Virus record (IMG/VR): IMGVR_UViG_3300007609_000017
Coordinates: 1,895-65,894 of that record
Direction: 5' to 3' (one strand)
Source: a virus
Taxonomy: Duplodnaviria > Caudoviricetes
DNA length: 64,000 bases
The translations under genes were made by a program, and so were the position numbers. This document shows positions 47,725 through 56,912 of the stretch, one piece after another. The first letter of the stretch is position 1. Each line of letters begins with the position of its first letter. A model generated the notes under the pieces. It saw nothing but the letters and a program-made list of their open reading frames with translations. It had not been told where the DNA came from and searched no databases.

Positions 47725-48551
47725 AAAAAATTGCTCTGTTCCAGTGTAAGTGGTGCTGTATATTGGTGATTGCAATCAGCACAGGTGATTTCCAGTGGCT
47801 TTGTACCTACTAATGCTTTGATTTCTTGAATGCGTTCACTTACTGCACTGTAGACTTTTCTGTCTGCATTTTCTATAAACTCTGCAATATAGTCTGCGTT
47901 GTCCACAGTGCTGCCAGCTGGCAACTGTATTCTTGCTATGCTGCTCACAATATTCTTAACAGTCATGTCTGTGAGTCTATGAAATATTTGAGTAAACTGC
48001 TGAAATCTTTGTTCTTCGGTGATGTCGCTTTGATTTGCCAGCACCAACAATTTTTGTTCTTCGAATGTTTCTATATTGCCCTGGTTGAAATTATAGTAAT
48101 CCTGCGGTTTGAGAAATATTTGTAATTCTCCACAGTGTATTGGAGTATCCCAGTTTACCTCTGTTGTACTATCGTTAACTGTTCTTAGATCAATTGCGTA
48201 CTCGTTGGTTTCTTTGCATTCTGGGCAACCAGTGGTGAAATTTAATTCTTCTCCATAGCTGGCAATACGTATTGCTATCAGCACTGCATCCAAGTCTACT
48301 GTGGGCATGCGCCATGCATCCTTGATGTTTGGCACGCAACTTTGAATAACCTGCACAGTGCTACTACCGTTGAGCAGTGCATCTGGTGTTTTGAGAGTTA
48401 TTTCGTCTTTGGCAGTCATTGGATAAATTGGTATTTCGCCGTTGAGTGGCATTTCTAAACTGCCCTCTGGCCAAAACATGCCTTTGCTGGGCAGACTCAT
48501 GTATAGAGCTGGCTGCCTAAAATGACCTGCCAGTGGATTGTTAGAATTCAT
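47718..48551 (-). CDS. gp26: Baseplate hub assembly protein (gp26-like)
   Basis: LPSKG, PMTAKDEI.L, DLDAVLIAIRIASYGE, two CxxC (CPEC, CADC), C-terminal NFFG. Confidence 0.78.
   Translation of the reverse strand: MNSNNPLAGHFRQPALYMSLPSKGMFWPEGSLEMPLNGEIPIYPMTAKDEITLKTPDALLNGSSTVQVIQSCVPNIKDAWRMPTVDLDAVLIAIRIASYGEELNFTTGCPECKETNEYAIDLRTVNDSTTEVNWDTPIHCGELQIFLKPQDYYNFNQGNIETFEEQKLLVLANQSDITEEQRFQQFTQIFHRLTDMTVKNIVSSIARIQLPAGSTVDNADYIAEFIENADRKVYSAVSERIQEIKALVGTKPLEITCADCNHQYTAPLTLEQSNFFG
47724..47730 (-). other. Programmed -1 frameshift slippery site U_UUU_UUC
   Basis: gp26 ends AAT TTT TTC GGC TAA; the -1 frame reads TTT TTT CGG CTA and stays open for 76 codons. Confidence 0.6.
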
Positions 48552-48563
48552 TGATTTTCTCCG

Positions 48564-48590
48564 GATAAATAGATTATACCCATATTTATA
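48564..48590. promoter_or_regulatory. Opposed late promoters: GATAAATA (+, 48564-48571) and TATAAATA (-, 48590-48583)
   Basis: Both lie in the 52-nt gap between the gp26 ATG (48551, -) and the TMP ATG (48604, +); each gene has its own SD. Confidence 0.7.
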
Positions 48591-48603
48591 TCAAGGAAAA
48601 TGC

Positions 48604-51066
48604 ATGGCCGAAGAAGTAAAAGTACGATTACCGCAAGAACTAGGCGGGCAAGACGTGATTTTGCAAAATGCTGCCAGTGAAGCAACCATGCAGAGAATGC
48701 TGGAGGTCTTTGAAAAGTTCAGTGGGCAAAAATCAGATCCTGGTGCTCGTCAGGAAAAAGCCAAAAATACTTCTGCACAAAAACAAAACACACAAGCTGT
48801 AGAAAAGGCCAATCAGCAGATAGAAGACTTCTACAACGAGCTAGACAAAAGCAACACCAGCCTGACTAAATTTGGCAATGCTGCCAAAGATCACGCACTC
48901 AATCTCACAGCAGCCACACAAGATCTAGCAGGAAATATCCTACAAGGTGGCGACAGTTTCAGTATGTTGAGTGGTATTTTTGAAACAGCCAGCAACACTG
49001 TGGGCAGTGCGTTCAATGGTCTTGCTAGTACTATTCCGTTTGTGGGCAGAGGCCTAGGCAAACTAGCCGACACAGCAGTAATGGCCAGCACAGCAATTGC
49101 TGGTTTTGCTCTAGCACAGTTTGACAATATTGCGGACAGTTTTGACCAGGTTGCAGAAGTAGGTGCTACATTTGGCGGGCAACTAATGCAGCTCAAAGAC
49201 ACTGCCACTGCCAGTAGAATGAGTTTAACACAATTTACCAATGTGATTCGTCGAAGCAGTCCGCAACTGGCAGCCATCGGTGGTACGGTCAGCAGCGGTG
49301 CACGAATCCTAGGCGAAGTGGTCAGCAATGTAGAAGCAAGAGACAGACGAGCACTGCTGTTGATGGGTGTAAATGCAGAACAGTTGGGTGATATCACAGC
49401 AGAATTTTTAGCACAGCAGAGATACGCAGGCAGACTCAGTTTGATGAGCACAGAGCAAGCCAGCCAAGGTGCAGTTGAGTTTGCCAAAAACCTCAGCGAT
49501 CTCAGCAAACTCACCGGTGAGGACATTGATCGACTCAAACAAGAACAAGAACAAATGCGTATTCAGTCTGAATATGCCAGCACACTGGCTAGATTTGGCG
49601 ATAATATTCAAGGCTTTTCGCAAAACGCAGCCGCATTTAGAACCATTGCTAGAAGAATGGGTCCAGAATTTGAAAGTGTGTTTCAAGAAGCACTGGCATT
49701 TGGACAAGTCAGTACACGCAGTAATAACATAGTAATGGCTGCCAATCAAGAAGCAGGCAGTTTGGTAGTGGAAGCCGCACGCAGAATACGCCAAGGTATG
49801 GATCCTAGCGAAGCTATGCGATTTTTCGAAGATCAGTTGCGTTCGAGTGCTCCTGGTGTGCTAGCAGGAGTCGAAAGCAGTGCACAAATGGGACAAATGG
49901 CACTGCTGGGTGTGCAAAGTGAGTTGGTAACAACCACAGCCAATGTAAATGGAGGTCTCACAGAGTTTTTCCGCAGACTAGACCAAGCAGGATCGTTAGA
50001 AGGTTTAGTAACCACAATCAACGAAGAACGCAGACAGGCTGCGCAAGGCGGCGACGATCTAGGTGATATTGTAGCAACATTCCGAGAAAGAATGAACGAA
50101 GCAGCCAGAACCATAGAAGAAGAAGTGATAAATCAAGGTTTAAAATTAGGTGCCGCAGGAATCAACACTGCATTTGACAGTGTCGAGCAAGCAGTGTTTG
50201 ATCTAAATGCACAGTTTAAAAATCTCACCCAAAACACGGATTTGCTGAATCAAACTATAGGCAGTGTAAACCGGCCAGAAAGTGTTGTAGATCAAGTTGT
50301 AAGAGACACAGCAAGTACCCTATTGCCAGGACAAAGTTTTACTGCAGGAGGTGCAAGACAGCAACTGATGCAAGCACAGCTAGAGAGAGGTGAATTATTG
50401 TCTGAAGAACAAGTACAGGATGCGCTCAATACGCTAGCACGAACAAAAAGAAACGCAGATACTAGTCTAGGCAGCATTCTTGATACATCTTTAAACAAAA
50501 TATCTGATGCTTTTGGAAATTTTAATGTATCAGATGATCTAGCAAATGATATAAACCAACAACAAGCACTTTTAAGGGAAATACAAAAGGTACAAGCTCA
50601 AGCTAGCATTGATAGAGCCGACGAAATAGGTGACATTACACTACGCATACAGGATTTACAGCAAGTTCAACAAGACAGACCGTTAACTACCGCAGAAGAA
50701 ACACAAATGGGTACATTGACTGACAAGCTGAGAGCTGCCACAGAAAATTATAATCAAATTAGTTCAGCACAATTACCAATGCCAAGAATAGATTTTGTAC
50801 CTTTTCAAGGAGACCGAATTTCTATTGACACATCACAGATTCAAAGTGCGCTAGCAAGTGAAATACAACGACTTGAACAATTGCAAGGCACAACCAACTC
50901 GCAGATTCAACAAATACAGCAAGGCGGTGTTCAAGCCAACGAGCAACAAGACTACAAAAATCTCACTGCTGAGCTAAAGGTTCAGACACAAAAATTACAG
51001 GAAATGGTTGCAGAACTCAAAGCTGTAAGAACAAACAGTTCTAGACAACTGCAAAATTCATATTAA
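48604..51066 (+). CDS. Tape-measure-like protein
   Basis: ~820 aa, Ala/Gln/Leu-rich and helical, N-terminal NAASEATM, head-to-head with the chaperone pair. Start at ATG 48604 after AAGGA (track: 48538). Confidence 0.65.
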   Translation: MAEEVKVRLPQELGGQDVILQNAASEATMQRMLEVFEKFSGQKSDPGARQEKAKNTSAQKQNTQAVEKANQQIEDFYNELDKSNTSLTKFGNAAKDHALNLTAATQDLAGNILQGGDSFSMLSGIFETASNTVGSAFNGLASTIPFVGRGLGKLADTAVMASTAIAGFALAQFDNIADSFDQVAEVGATFGGQLMQLKDTATASRMSLTQFTNVIRRSSPQLAAIGGTVSSGARILGEVVSNVEARDRRALLLMGVNAEQLGDITAEFLAQQRYAGRLSLMSTEQASQGAVEFAKNLSDLSKLTGEDIDRLKQEQEQMRIQSEYASTLARFGDNIQGFSQNAAAFRTIARRMGPEFESVFQEALAFGQVSTRSNNIVMAANQEAGSLVVEAARRIRQGMDPSEAMRFFEDQLRSSAPGVLAGVESSAQMGQMALLGVQSELVTTTANVNGGLTEFFRRLDQAGSLEGLVTTINEERRQAAQGGDDLGDIVATFRERMNEAARTIEEEVINQGLKLGAAGINTAFDSVEQAVFDLNAQFKNLTQNTDLLNQTIGSVNRPESVVDQVVRDTASTLLPGQSFTAGGARQQLMQAQLERGELLSEEQVQDALNTLARTKRNADTSLGSILDTSLNKISDAFGNFNVSDDLANDINQQQALLREIQKVQAQASIDRADEIGDITLRIQDLQQVQQDRPLTTAEETQMGTLTDKLRAATENYNQISSAQLPMPRIDFVPFQGDRISIDTSQIQSALASEIQRLEQLQGTTNSQIQQIQQGGVQANEQQDYKNLTAELKVQTQKLQEMVAELKAVRTNSSRQLQNSY

Positions 51067-51069
51067 CGG

Positions 51070-51098
51070 TTGCACTCTACCGCTATAAATAGTATAAT
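51070..51098 (+). promoter_or_regulatory. Late promoter TATAAATA (51084-51091) nested in sigma70-like TTGCAC-N17-TATAAT
   Basis: Both motifs read directly upstream of the portal ATG at 51122. Confidence 0.7.
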
Positions 51099-51121
51099 AT
51101 AAAAAACCAACGGATCTTACA

Positions 51122-52834
51122 ATGGCTTGGCGCAAACATTTTAAAACCACAAACACCACAGGGCAGTATAGTGCTATTCCTGGCAATGCAGGAATGGACA
51201 ACGGAACACCCACCACTCCTGGGTTTGGCAACTACAGCACACCTTTGCCTGAAGTATACAGCGGACATCCCAATCGTGTGGATAGATACAATCAGTACGA
51301 AGCAATGGATTTAGACAGCGAAGTAAATGCCGCACTGGACATACTTGCAGAATTTTGCACACAAACCGATGAAATTAACCAGTTGCCTTTTGAGATACAC
51401 TACAATGATCAAGCCAGTGACACAGAAATCAGCATTATCACAGAACAGCTGAATGCTTGGTGCAAGCTGAATAAAATGAATCAGCGTGTGTTTAAAATGT
51501 TTCGCAACACACTGAAATACGGTGATCAGGTGTTTTTGCGAGATCCAGAAACATTTGAACTTTACTGGGTTGAACCCAAAGATGTTGTAAAAGTGATTGT
51601 AAACGAAAGCGAAGGCAAAAAACCCGAGCAGTACATGCTAAAAAATGTAAATGTAAACTTTGAAAATCTAACAGCCACACAATTGCCTAATCAAACCGAC
51701 TGGAATACCAGTCCAGCTGGCGGCGAAGGGGCAAACATACAAAGCAACTATCCACAAAACACAGGCAGTAGATTCAGCAACACACAAGACGAAAAAGCCA
51801 TCGAAGGTCAGCACATAGTACATCTAAGCCTCACAGAAGGTTTAGATCCAAATTGGCCGTTTGGTACCAGTGTGTTGGAAAACATCTTCAAGGTGTACAA
51901 ACAAAAAGAGTTGTTGGAAGATGCTATCATCATCTATCGTATCAGTCGTGCACCAGAAAGACGTGTGTTTTATATCGACGTAGGCAGTATGCCACCGCAT
52001 ATGGCTATGAGTTTTGTAGAGCGAGTCAAAAACGAAATACATCAAAGACGCATACCCACACAAACCGGTGGTGGGCAAAATGTAGTCGACAGCACCTACA
52101 ATCCACTGAGTCAAAACGAAGATTACTTTTTCCCTCAAACAGCAGAAGGTCGTGGATCAAAAGTAGAAACCTTGCCAGGCGGCACCAATCTTGGTGAAAT
52201 TGATGATTTGAAGTTTTTTACCAACAAAATGTTTAGAGGATTGAGAATCCCTAGCAGTTATTTGCCCACTGGATTTGATGACACCAGCGGTAGCTACACA
52301 GACGGCAGAGTAGGCACTGCACTTATTCAGGAACACAGATTCAACGAATATTGCAAACGACTACAGCGTATGCTGGAAGATACACTGGACAGGGAATTCA
52401 AAGTGTTTTTGGCTTGGCGTGGGTTCAACATAGACAACAGCTTGTTCGACATCAAGTTCAACGATCCTCAAAACTTTGCTGCTTATCGACAGCAAGAACT
52501 GGACAGTGGTCGCATTAGTGCATTTACACAGCTAGAAGGAACTCCTTATCTCAGCAAGCGTTTTATGATGAAGCGTTTCCTTGGTCTGTCTGAAGCAGAA
52601 ATGTTGGAAAATGAAGAATTGTGGAGAGAAGAAACTGGAAACGCCAGCACTCCGGGTGCAGGTCAAACTGATCTAAGAAGTGCAGGTGTTACACCAGGCA
52701 GTTTGGACAGTGACTTGGGCACTGCTGACCTTGGGGATCTAGATCTGGACACTGGTGAAGGTGATGCAGACATAGACGATATTGCAGGCGATGTAGAAAC
52801 TCCAGAAGAACCAGACGCCACAGATGAAGAATAA
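51122..52834 (+). CDS. gp20: Portal vertex protein
   Basis: LLEDAIIIYRISRAPERRVFYIDVG, EDYFFP..EGRGSKVETLPGG.NLGEIDD, LRIPSS; acidic C-terminus. Confidence 0.96.
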   Translation: MAWRKHFKTTNTTGQYSAIPGNAGMDNGTPTTPGFGNYSTPLPEVYSGHPNRVDRYNQYEAMDLDSEVNAALDILAEFCTQTDEINQLPFEIHYNDQASDTEISIITEQLNAWCKLNKMNQRVFKMFRNTLKYGDQVFLRDPETFELYWVEPKDVVKVIVNESEGKKPEQYMLKNVNVNFENLTATQLPNQTDWNTSPAGGEGANIQSNYPQNTGSRFSNTQDEKAIEGQHIVHLSLTEGLDPNWPFGTSVLENIFKVYKQKELLEDAIIIYRISRAPERRVFYIDVGSMPPHMAMSFVERVKNEIHQRRIPTQTGGGQNVVDSTYNPLSQNEDYFFPQTAEGRGSKVETLPGGTNLGEIDDLKFFTNKMFRGLRIPSSYLPTGFDDTSGSYTDGRVGTALIQEHRFNEYCKRLQRMLEDTLDREFKVFLAWRGFNIDNSLFDIKFNDPQNFAAYRQQELDSGRISAFTQLEGTPYLSKRFMMKRFLGLSEAEMLENEELWREETGNASTPGAGQTDLRSAGVTPGSLDSDLGTADLGDLDLDTGEGDADIDDIAGDVETPEEPDATDEE

Positions 52835-52836
52835 AA

Positions 52837-52844
52837 GATAAATA
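52837..52844 (+). promoter_or_regulatory. Late promoter GATAAATA
   Basis: TAAATA core 5 nt upstream of ATG 52850. Confidence 0.6.
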
Positions 52845-52849
52845 CTAGT

Positions 52850-53077
52850 ATGTTGTTAACAGAGTTTGCTGACAAAGTTGAAATTGCAGAACCATTGCAC
52901 GACGAAGAGCAAGATCAGAGTGTAAAAGCAATTAATGACTTGCGCACCAGTAAACTCACCTTTGAACAACTAAATAAAATTCGTAGAGCGAGAGACAGTC
53001 GAAACTACGAACTTGCTGAAAAGCAAAAGTTAGTTCAACAACAGTATAGCCAAGCTGCTGATACTGATAGCCTCTAA
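52850..53077 (+). CDS. Small prohead-associated protein (putative)
   Basis: Lies between portal and core genes; N-terminal MLLTEF resembles an LxE gp21 cleavage site. Confidence 0.6.
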   Translation: MLLTEFADKVEIAEPLHDEEQDQSVKAINDLRTSKLTFEQLNKIRRARDSRNYELAEKQKLVQQQYSQAADTDSL

Positions 53078-53163
53078 AAACTGGAAAAATATTACAATTT
53101 TTCCGGCCTTTCCGTATAAATGGTTCAAAATCCTACCTTTTTTGCCTTTTGATTGTAACATTT

Positions 53164-53171
53164 ATTAAATA
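53164..53171 (+). promoter_or_regulatory. Late promoter ATTAAATA
   Basis: TAAATA core upstream of the AGGAG SD and ATG 53209. Confidence 0.55.
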
Positions 53172-53208
53172 ATACTATACAATATTACCCGTATAGGAGA
53201 TTTATAAA

Positions 53209-53907
53209 ATGGCTAACAAATTTGAACAATTGATTGAGCACATTGTCAATTCAGAAGAAGACAAAGCTCAAAATCTTTTTCACGAAATTGTTGTGGAAAA
53301 AAGCAGAGAAATCTACGAAAACATCATCGACGATGAAACAGCTGATCTAGAAGAAGCTGAAGAAGCCGACGAGGACAGCGAAACAGTAGAAGAGAATATC
53401 TATACTGACGAAACTGACGACTTGATTGCTGATATCCAAGCCGACGAAGTCAGCGAAGAAGATGACGACGAAGAAATGGAAATGCCAGGTGCAGAAGCAG
53501 ACAGTGAAGAAGCCGAAGACGAAATGTATGATATGAACAACGACGGCGAGCTAGATGATCACGAAGGCGAGCACGAAGAAATTGACGATCGTGTAGACGA
53601 CTTGGAATCAGCACTAGACGAGCTGAAAGCAGAATTCGACAAGCTAATGGATATGGAAGCTGACGAAGAAACAGAAGAAGAAATGCCAGAAGGTATTGTG
53701 CGTGAGTATGATGAAAAAGCGCCAGCACCTTCAATGCCATCAGCTGACAATGATCACAGTCCAGTAGCCGACAAAGGTGCTCCAGAAACAGACAAAGATC
53801 CTGCAGACATGCCAGCAAAAGGCGGTGAAGAATCAGGTCGTGAAGCACCAAGCAGTGAAAAAATGACAGATGCTTCAACAGAAGCAGATATGAAAGAAGT
53901 AAAGTAA
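53209..53907 (+). CDS. Highly acidic prohead core protein (positional gp67/68 equivalent)
   Basis: Extremely Asp/Glu-rich, between portal and protease. Confidence 0.65.
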   Translation: MANKFEQLIEHIVNSEEDKAQNLFHEIVVEKSREIYENIIDDETADLEEAEEADEDSETVEENIYTDETDDLIADIQADEVSEEDDDEEMEMPGAEADSEEAEDEMYDMNNDGELDDHEGEHEEIDDRVDDLESALDELKAEFDKLMDMEADEETEEEMPEGIVREYDEKAPAPSMPSADNDHSPVADKGAPETDKDPADMPAKGGEESGREAPSSEKMTDASTEADMKEVK

Positions 53908-53921
53908 TAGGAAACTAGTTG

Positions 53922-54551
53922 ATGCATTACTTACGTGAAAACCTAACATTCAACGAAGCGCAAATTGTTGTTGAATCGACCAACGAAGGCAAGGACCTTT
54001 ACATGAAAGGCATTTGCATTCAAGGTGGCGTAGAGAATGCAAATCGCAGAGTATACCCTGTAGAAGAAATTGAACGTGCTGTTAAAACTATTAATGAGCA
54101 AGTGCAAAAAGGACAGAGTGTGCTAGGTGAAGTAGACCATCCAGATGATTTGAAAATTAATTTAGATCGTGTTAGCCATATGATACAAAGCATGTGGATG
54201 GATGGTCCAAATGGCTATGGCAAACTAAAGATTTTGCCTACTCCAATGGGCCAACTAGTAAAAACTATGTTAGATGCCGGTGTGCTTCTTGGCGTGAGTT
54301 CAAGAGGCAGTGGCGAAGTGGATGACACTACCGGGCAAGTTCGAGGGTTTGAAATGATCACTGTTGATATTGTAGCACAACCAAGTGCTCCAAATGCGTA
54401 TCCAACAGCAGTGTATGAAGGACTGATGAACATGCGTGGCGGTCATGGTGTACTTGAGGTTGCTAAAGAAGCGCAATACAATCCAAAAGTACAAAAATAC
54501 TTGAAAGACGAAGTGACTCGTCTTATCAAGGAATTAAAAATCGGGAGATAA
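53922..54551 (+). CDS. gp21: Prohead core protease
   Basis: NANRRVYP, LGEVDHP, INLDRVSH, LGVSSRGSG, VDIVAQPSAPNA. Confidence 0.96.
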   Translation: MHYLRENLTFNEAQIVVESTNEGKDLYMKGICIQGGVENANRRVYPVEEIERAVKTINEQVQKGQSVLGEVDHPDDLKINLDRVSHMIQSMWMDGPNGYGKLKILPTPMGQLVKTMLDAGVLLGVSSRGSGEVDDTTGQVRGFEMITVDIVAQPSAPNAYPTAVYEGLMNMRGGHGVLEVAKEAQYNPKVQKYLKDEVTRLIKELKIGR

Positions 54552-54553
54552 AC

Positions 54554-55642
54554 ATGCTAGATGCTATCAAACCATTGCTAGATAGTGACTTAGTAAACGA
54601 AGAAACTCGCAGAGAAATCAGCGAAGCTTGGGATGCTAAGATAAACGAAACTCGAGAAGAAATTCGCACAGAACTTCGCGAAGAGTTTGCTCGTCGCTAT
54701 GAGCATGACAAGAGTGTAATGGTTGAAGCATTAGATAAAATGGTAACTGAATCACTGGCCAAAGAAATCAATGAAATTGCACAAGAAAAACGTGCAATTG
54801 CAGAAGATCGTGTTAGTACCAAAGAGCAACTTGCAAAAGTTGCACAAACCTTTGAAACTTTTCTAACACAAAAGCTAAGTGAAGAGATCCGTGAACTACA
54901 TGAAGATCGTAAAGCACAGCAAGAAAAAATCACAAAACTAGAACAGTTTGTAGTAGAAAATCTTGCAGAAGAAATTCAAGAATTTGCCACAGACAAAAAA
55001 GAATTAGTTGAAACAAGAGTTCGTCTAGTAGCCGAAGCCAAAGACAAACTAGAACAACTCAAGAAAAGCTTTATTGCTCGTAGTGCCAAAATGGTTCAGG
55101 AAACAGTTGCTAATAATCTAACTTCAGAGATTACACAGCTAAAAGAAGATATCCAGCTTGCTAAAGAAAACAACTTTGGACGCAAGATTTTTGAAGCATT
55201 TGCTGCAGAGTTTGGTACAAGTTACCTAAGCGAAAATGTTGAGATCAAAAAGCTGATGGATGCCATCAGTGAAAAAGAATCACAACTTGCAGAAGCAGAA
55301 GAAAAAATTGCACAAACCGAATCACTGGTCGAAAGCAAGGTGCAAGAGATAAACGTTATCAATGAAAGTGTACAAAGAACCAAAAAGATGGGTACACTAC
55401 TAAAATCATTGAACAAAGAGAAAGCAGCTATTATGGAAAGTTTGTTAGAAAACGTTGCAACCAACAAACTAGATAGTGCATTCGAAAAGTATTTGCCAGC
55501 AGTTCTAAAGGAAAGCAAAGTTAGTGTTTCACAAACACTAACAGAGTCTACCAAAGAAGTAACTGGCAATAAAGGGACTGCCACCAAGGCCGATGAAAAG
55601 GGCAACATCATCGATATTAAAAGACTGGCAGGTTTAAAATAA
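54554..55642 (+). CDS. gp22: Prohead scaffold protein
   Basis: Glu-rich coiled coil between gp21 and gp23; FGRKIFEAF; ends IKRLAGLK. Confidence 0.85.
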   Translation: MLDAIKPLLDSDLVNEETRREISEAWDAKINETREEIRTELREEFARRYEHDKSVMVEALDKMVTESLAKEINEIAQEKRAIAEDRVSTKEQLAKVAQTFETFLTQKLSEEIRELHEDRKAQQEKITKLEQFVVENLAEEIQEFATDKKELVETRVRLVAEAKDKLEQLKKSFIARSAKMVQETVANNLTSEITQLKEDIQLAKENNFGRKIFEAFAAEFGTSYLSENVEIKKLMDAISEKESQLAEAEEKIAQTESLVESKVQEINVINESVQRTKKMGTLLKSLNKEKAAIMESLLENVATNKLDSAFEKYLPAVLKESKVSVSQTLTESTKEVTGNKGTATKADEKGNIIDIKRLAGLK

Positions 55643-55669
55643 AAACTAAAATATTAGGAGATGAAAAAA

Positions 55670-56839
55670 ATGTCAAACGAACTACTTGAAAGTCGCTGGA
55701 CAGAAACAAAGGACGCCCTACTAGAAGGTCTTGAGGGCTCTAAGAAAAACAGCATGGCTGTTATTCTAGAAAATACTAAGAAGCATCTTGCAGAAGCTAG
55801 CACAGCTGGCGCAACTAGTGCAGGTAACGTAGCTACACTTAACCGTGTGATTCTACCAGTTATCCGTCGTGTAATGCCAACTGTTATTGCAAACGAAATT
55901 GTTGGTGTACAGCCAATGCAAGGTCCTGTAAGCCAGATCCACACACTACGTGTTCGTTACGCTGACAGCGTAAACAGCACAAGTGGCACTGACGTTACAG
56001 CAGGTGACGAAGCACTGTCACCATTCAAGATTGCTACTGCATATTCTGGTGCACTAGATGACAAAGCTGCTCCAACAGCACAGTTAGAAGGTCAGCCAGG
56101 TAACCGTATCAACGTACAGATCTTGAAGCAAGCAGTCGAAGCCAAGACACGTAAGCTAAGTGCACGTTGGACATTCGAAGCTGCACAAGACGCTAACGCT
56201 ATGCACGGTCTAGATGTTGAAGCAGAAGTAATGGCTGCACTAGCACAAGAAATCACTGCTGAAATTGACCAAGAGATCCTAGCATCTCTACGTGCTCTAG
56301 CAGCAACTGAAGAAACATACGACCAGAGTTCAATCACTGGTACTCCAACATACGTTGGTGACGAGCACGCTACACTGGCTATTCTTGTTAACCGTGTTGC
56401 CAACAAGATTGCTAGTCGTACACGTCGTGGCGCTGGTAACTGGGCAGTTGTGTCTCCACAGGCATTAACTATTCTACAAAGTGCAACAACTAGTGCATTT
56501 GCTCGCACAACTGAAGGTACTTTTGAAGCTCCAACCAACACTAAGTTTGTTGGTACACTAAATGGCGCTATGCGTGTATACGTAGACAGCTATGCAAGTG
56601 ACAACACACCAGTACTAGTTGGTTACAAAGGTTCTACAGAAACAGACGCGGCAGCATTCTATTGCCCATATGTCCCGCTAATGAGCTCAGGTGTGATCCT
56701 TGATCCATCAACATTCGAGCCAGTAGTAGGCTTTATGACACGTTATGGTTATGTTGAGCTAACAAACACTGCTAGTTCATTGGGTAACGCAGGTGACTAC
56801 CTAGGTGAAATCAGCATCAGCAACGTAAGCTTCTCTTAA
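55670..56839 (+). CDS. gp23: Major capsid protein
   Basis: IRRVMP..GVQPMQGP, EAKTRKLSARWTFEAAQD..HGLDVEAE..EITAEIDQE, AFYCPYVPL, FMTRYG. Start 55670 fits the AGGAG spacing (track: 55661). Confidence 0.97.
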   Translation: MSNELLESRWTETKDALLEGLEGSKKNSMAVILENTKKHLAEASTAGATSAGNVATLNRVILPVIRRVMPTVIANEIVGVQPMQGPVSQIHTLRVRYADSVNSTSGTDVTAGDEALSPFKIATAYSGALDDKAAPTAQLEGQPGNRINVQILKQAVEAKTRKLSARWTFEAAQDANAMHGLDVEAEVMAALAQEITAEIDQEILASLRALAATEETYDQSSITGTPTYVGDEHATLAILVNRVANKIASRTRRGAGNWAVVSPQALTILQSATTSAFARTTEGTFEAPTNTKFVGTLNGAMRVYVDSYASDNTPVLVGYKGSTETDAAAFYCPYVPLMSSGVILDPSTFEPVVGFMTRYGYVELTNTASSLGNAGDYLGEISISNVSFS

Positions 56840-56863
56840 TAGTTTAGAAAGTTTACACGCTTC

Positions 56864-56896
56864 AAGAAGGGCAGTTTTTTAACTGCCTTTCTTTTT
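56864..56896 (+). terminator. Intrinsic terminator after gp23
   Basis: AAGAAGGGCAGTT-TTTT-AACTGCCTTTCTT followed by further Ts. Confidence 0.85.
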
Positions 56897-56912
56897 GTCC
56901 GTAAATAATATT

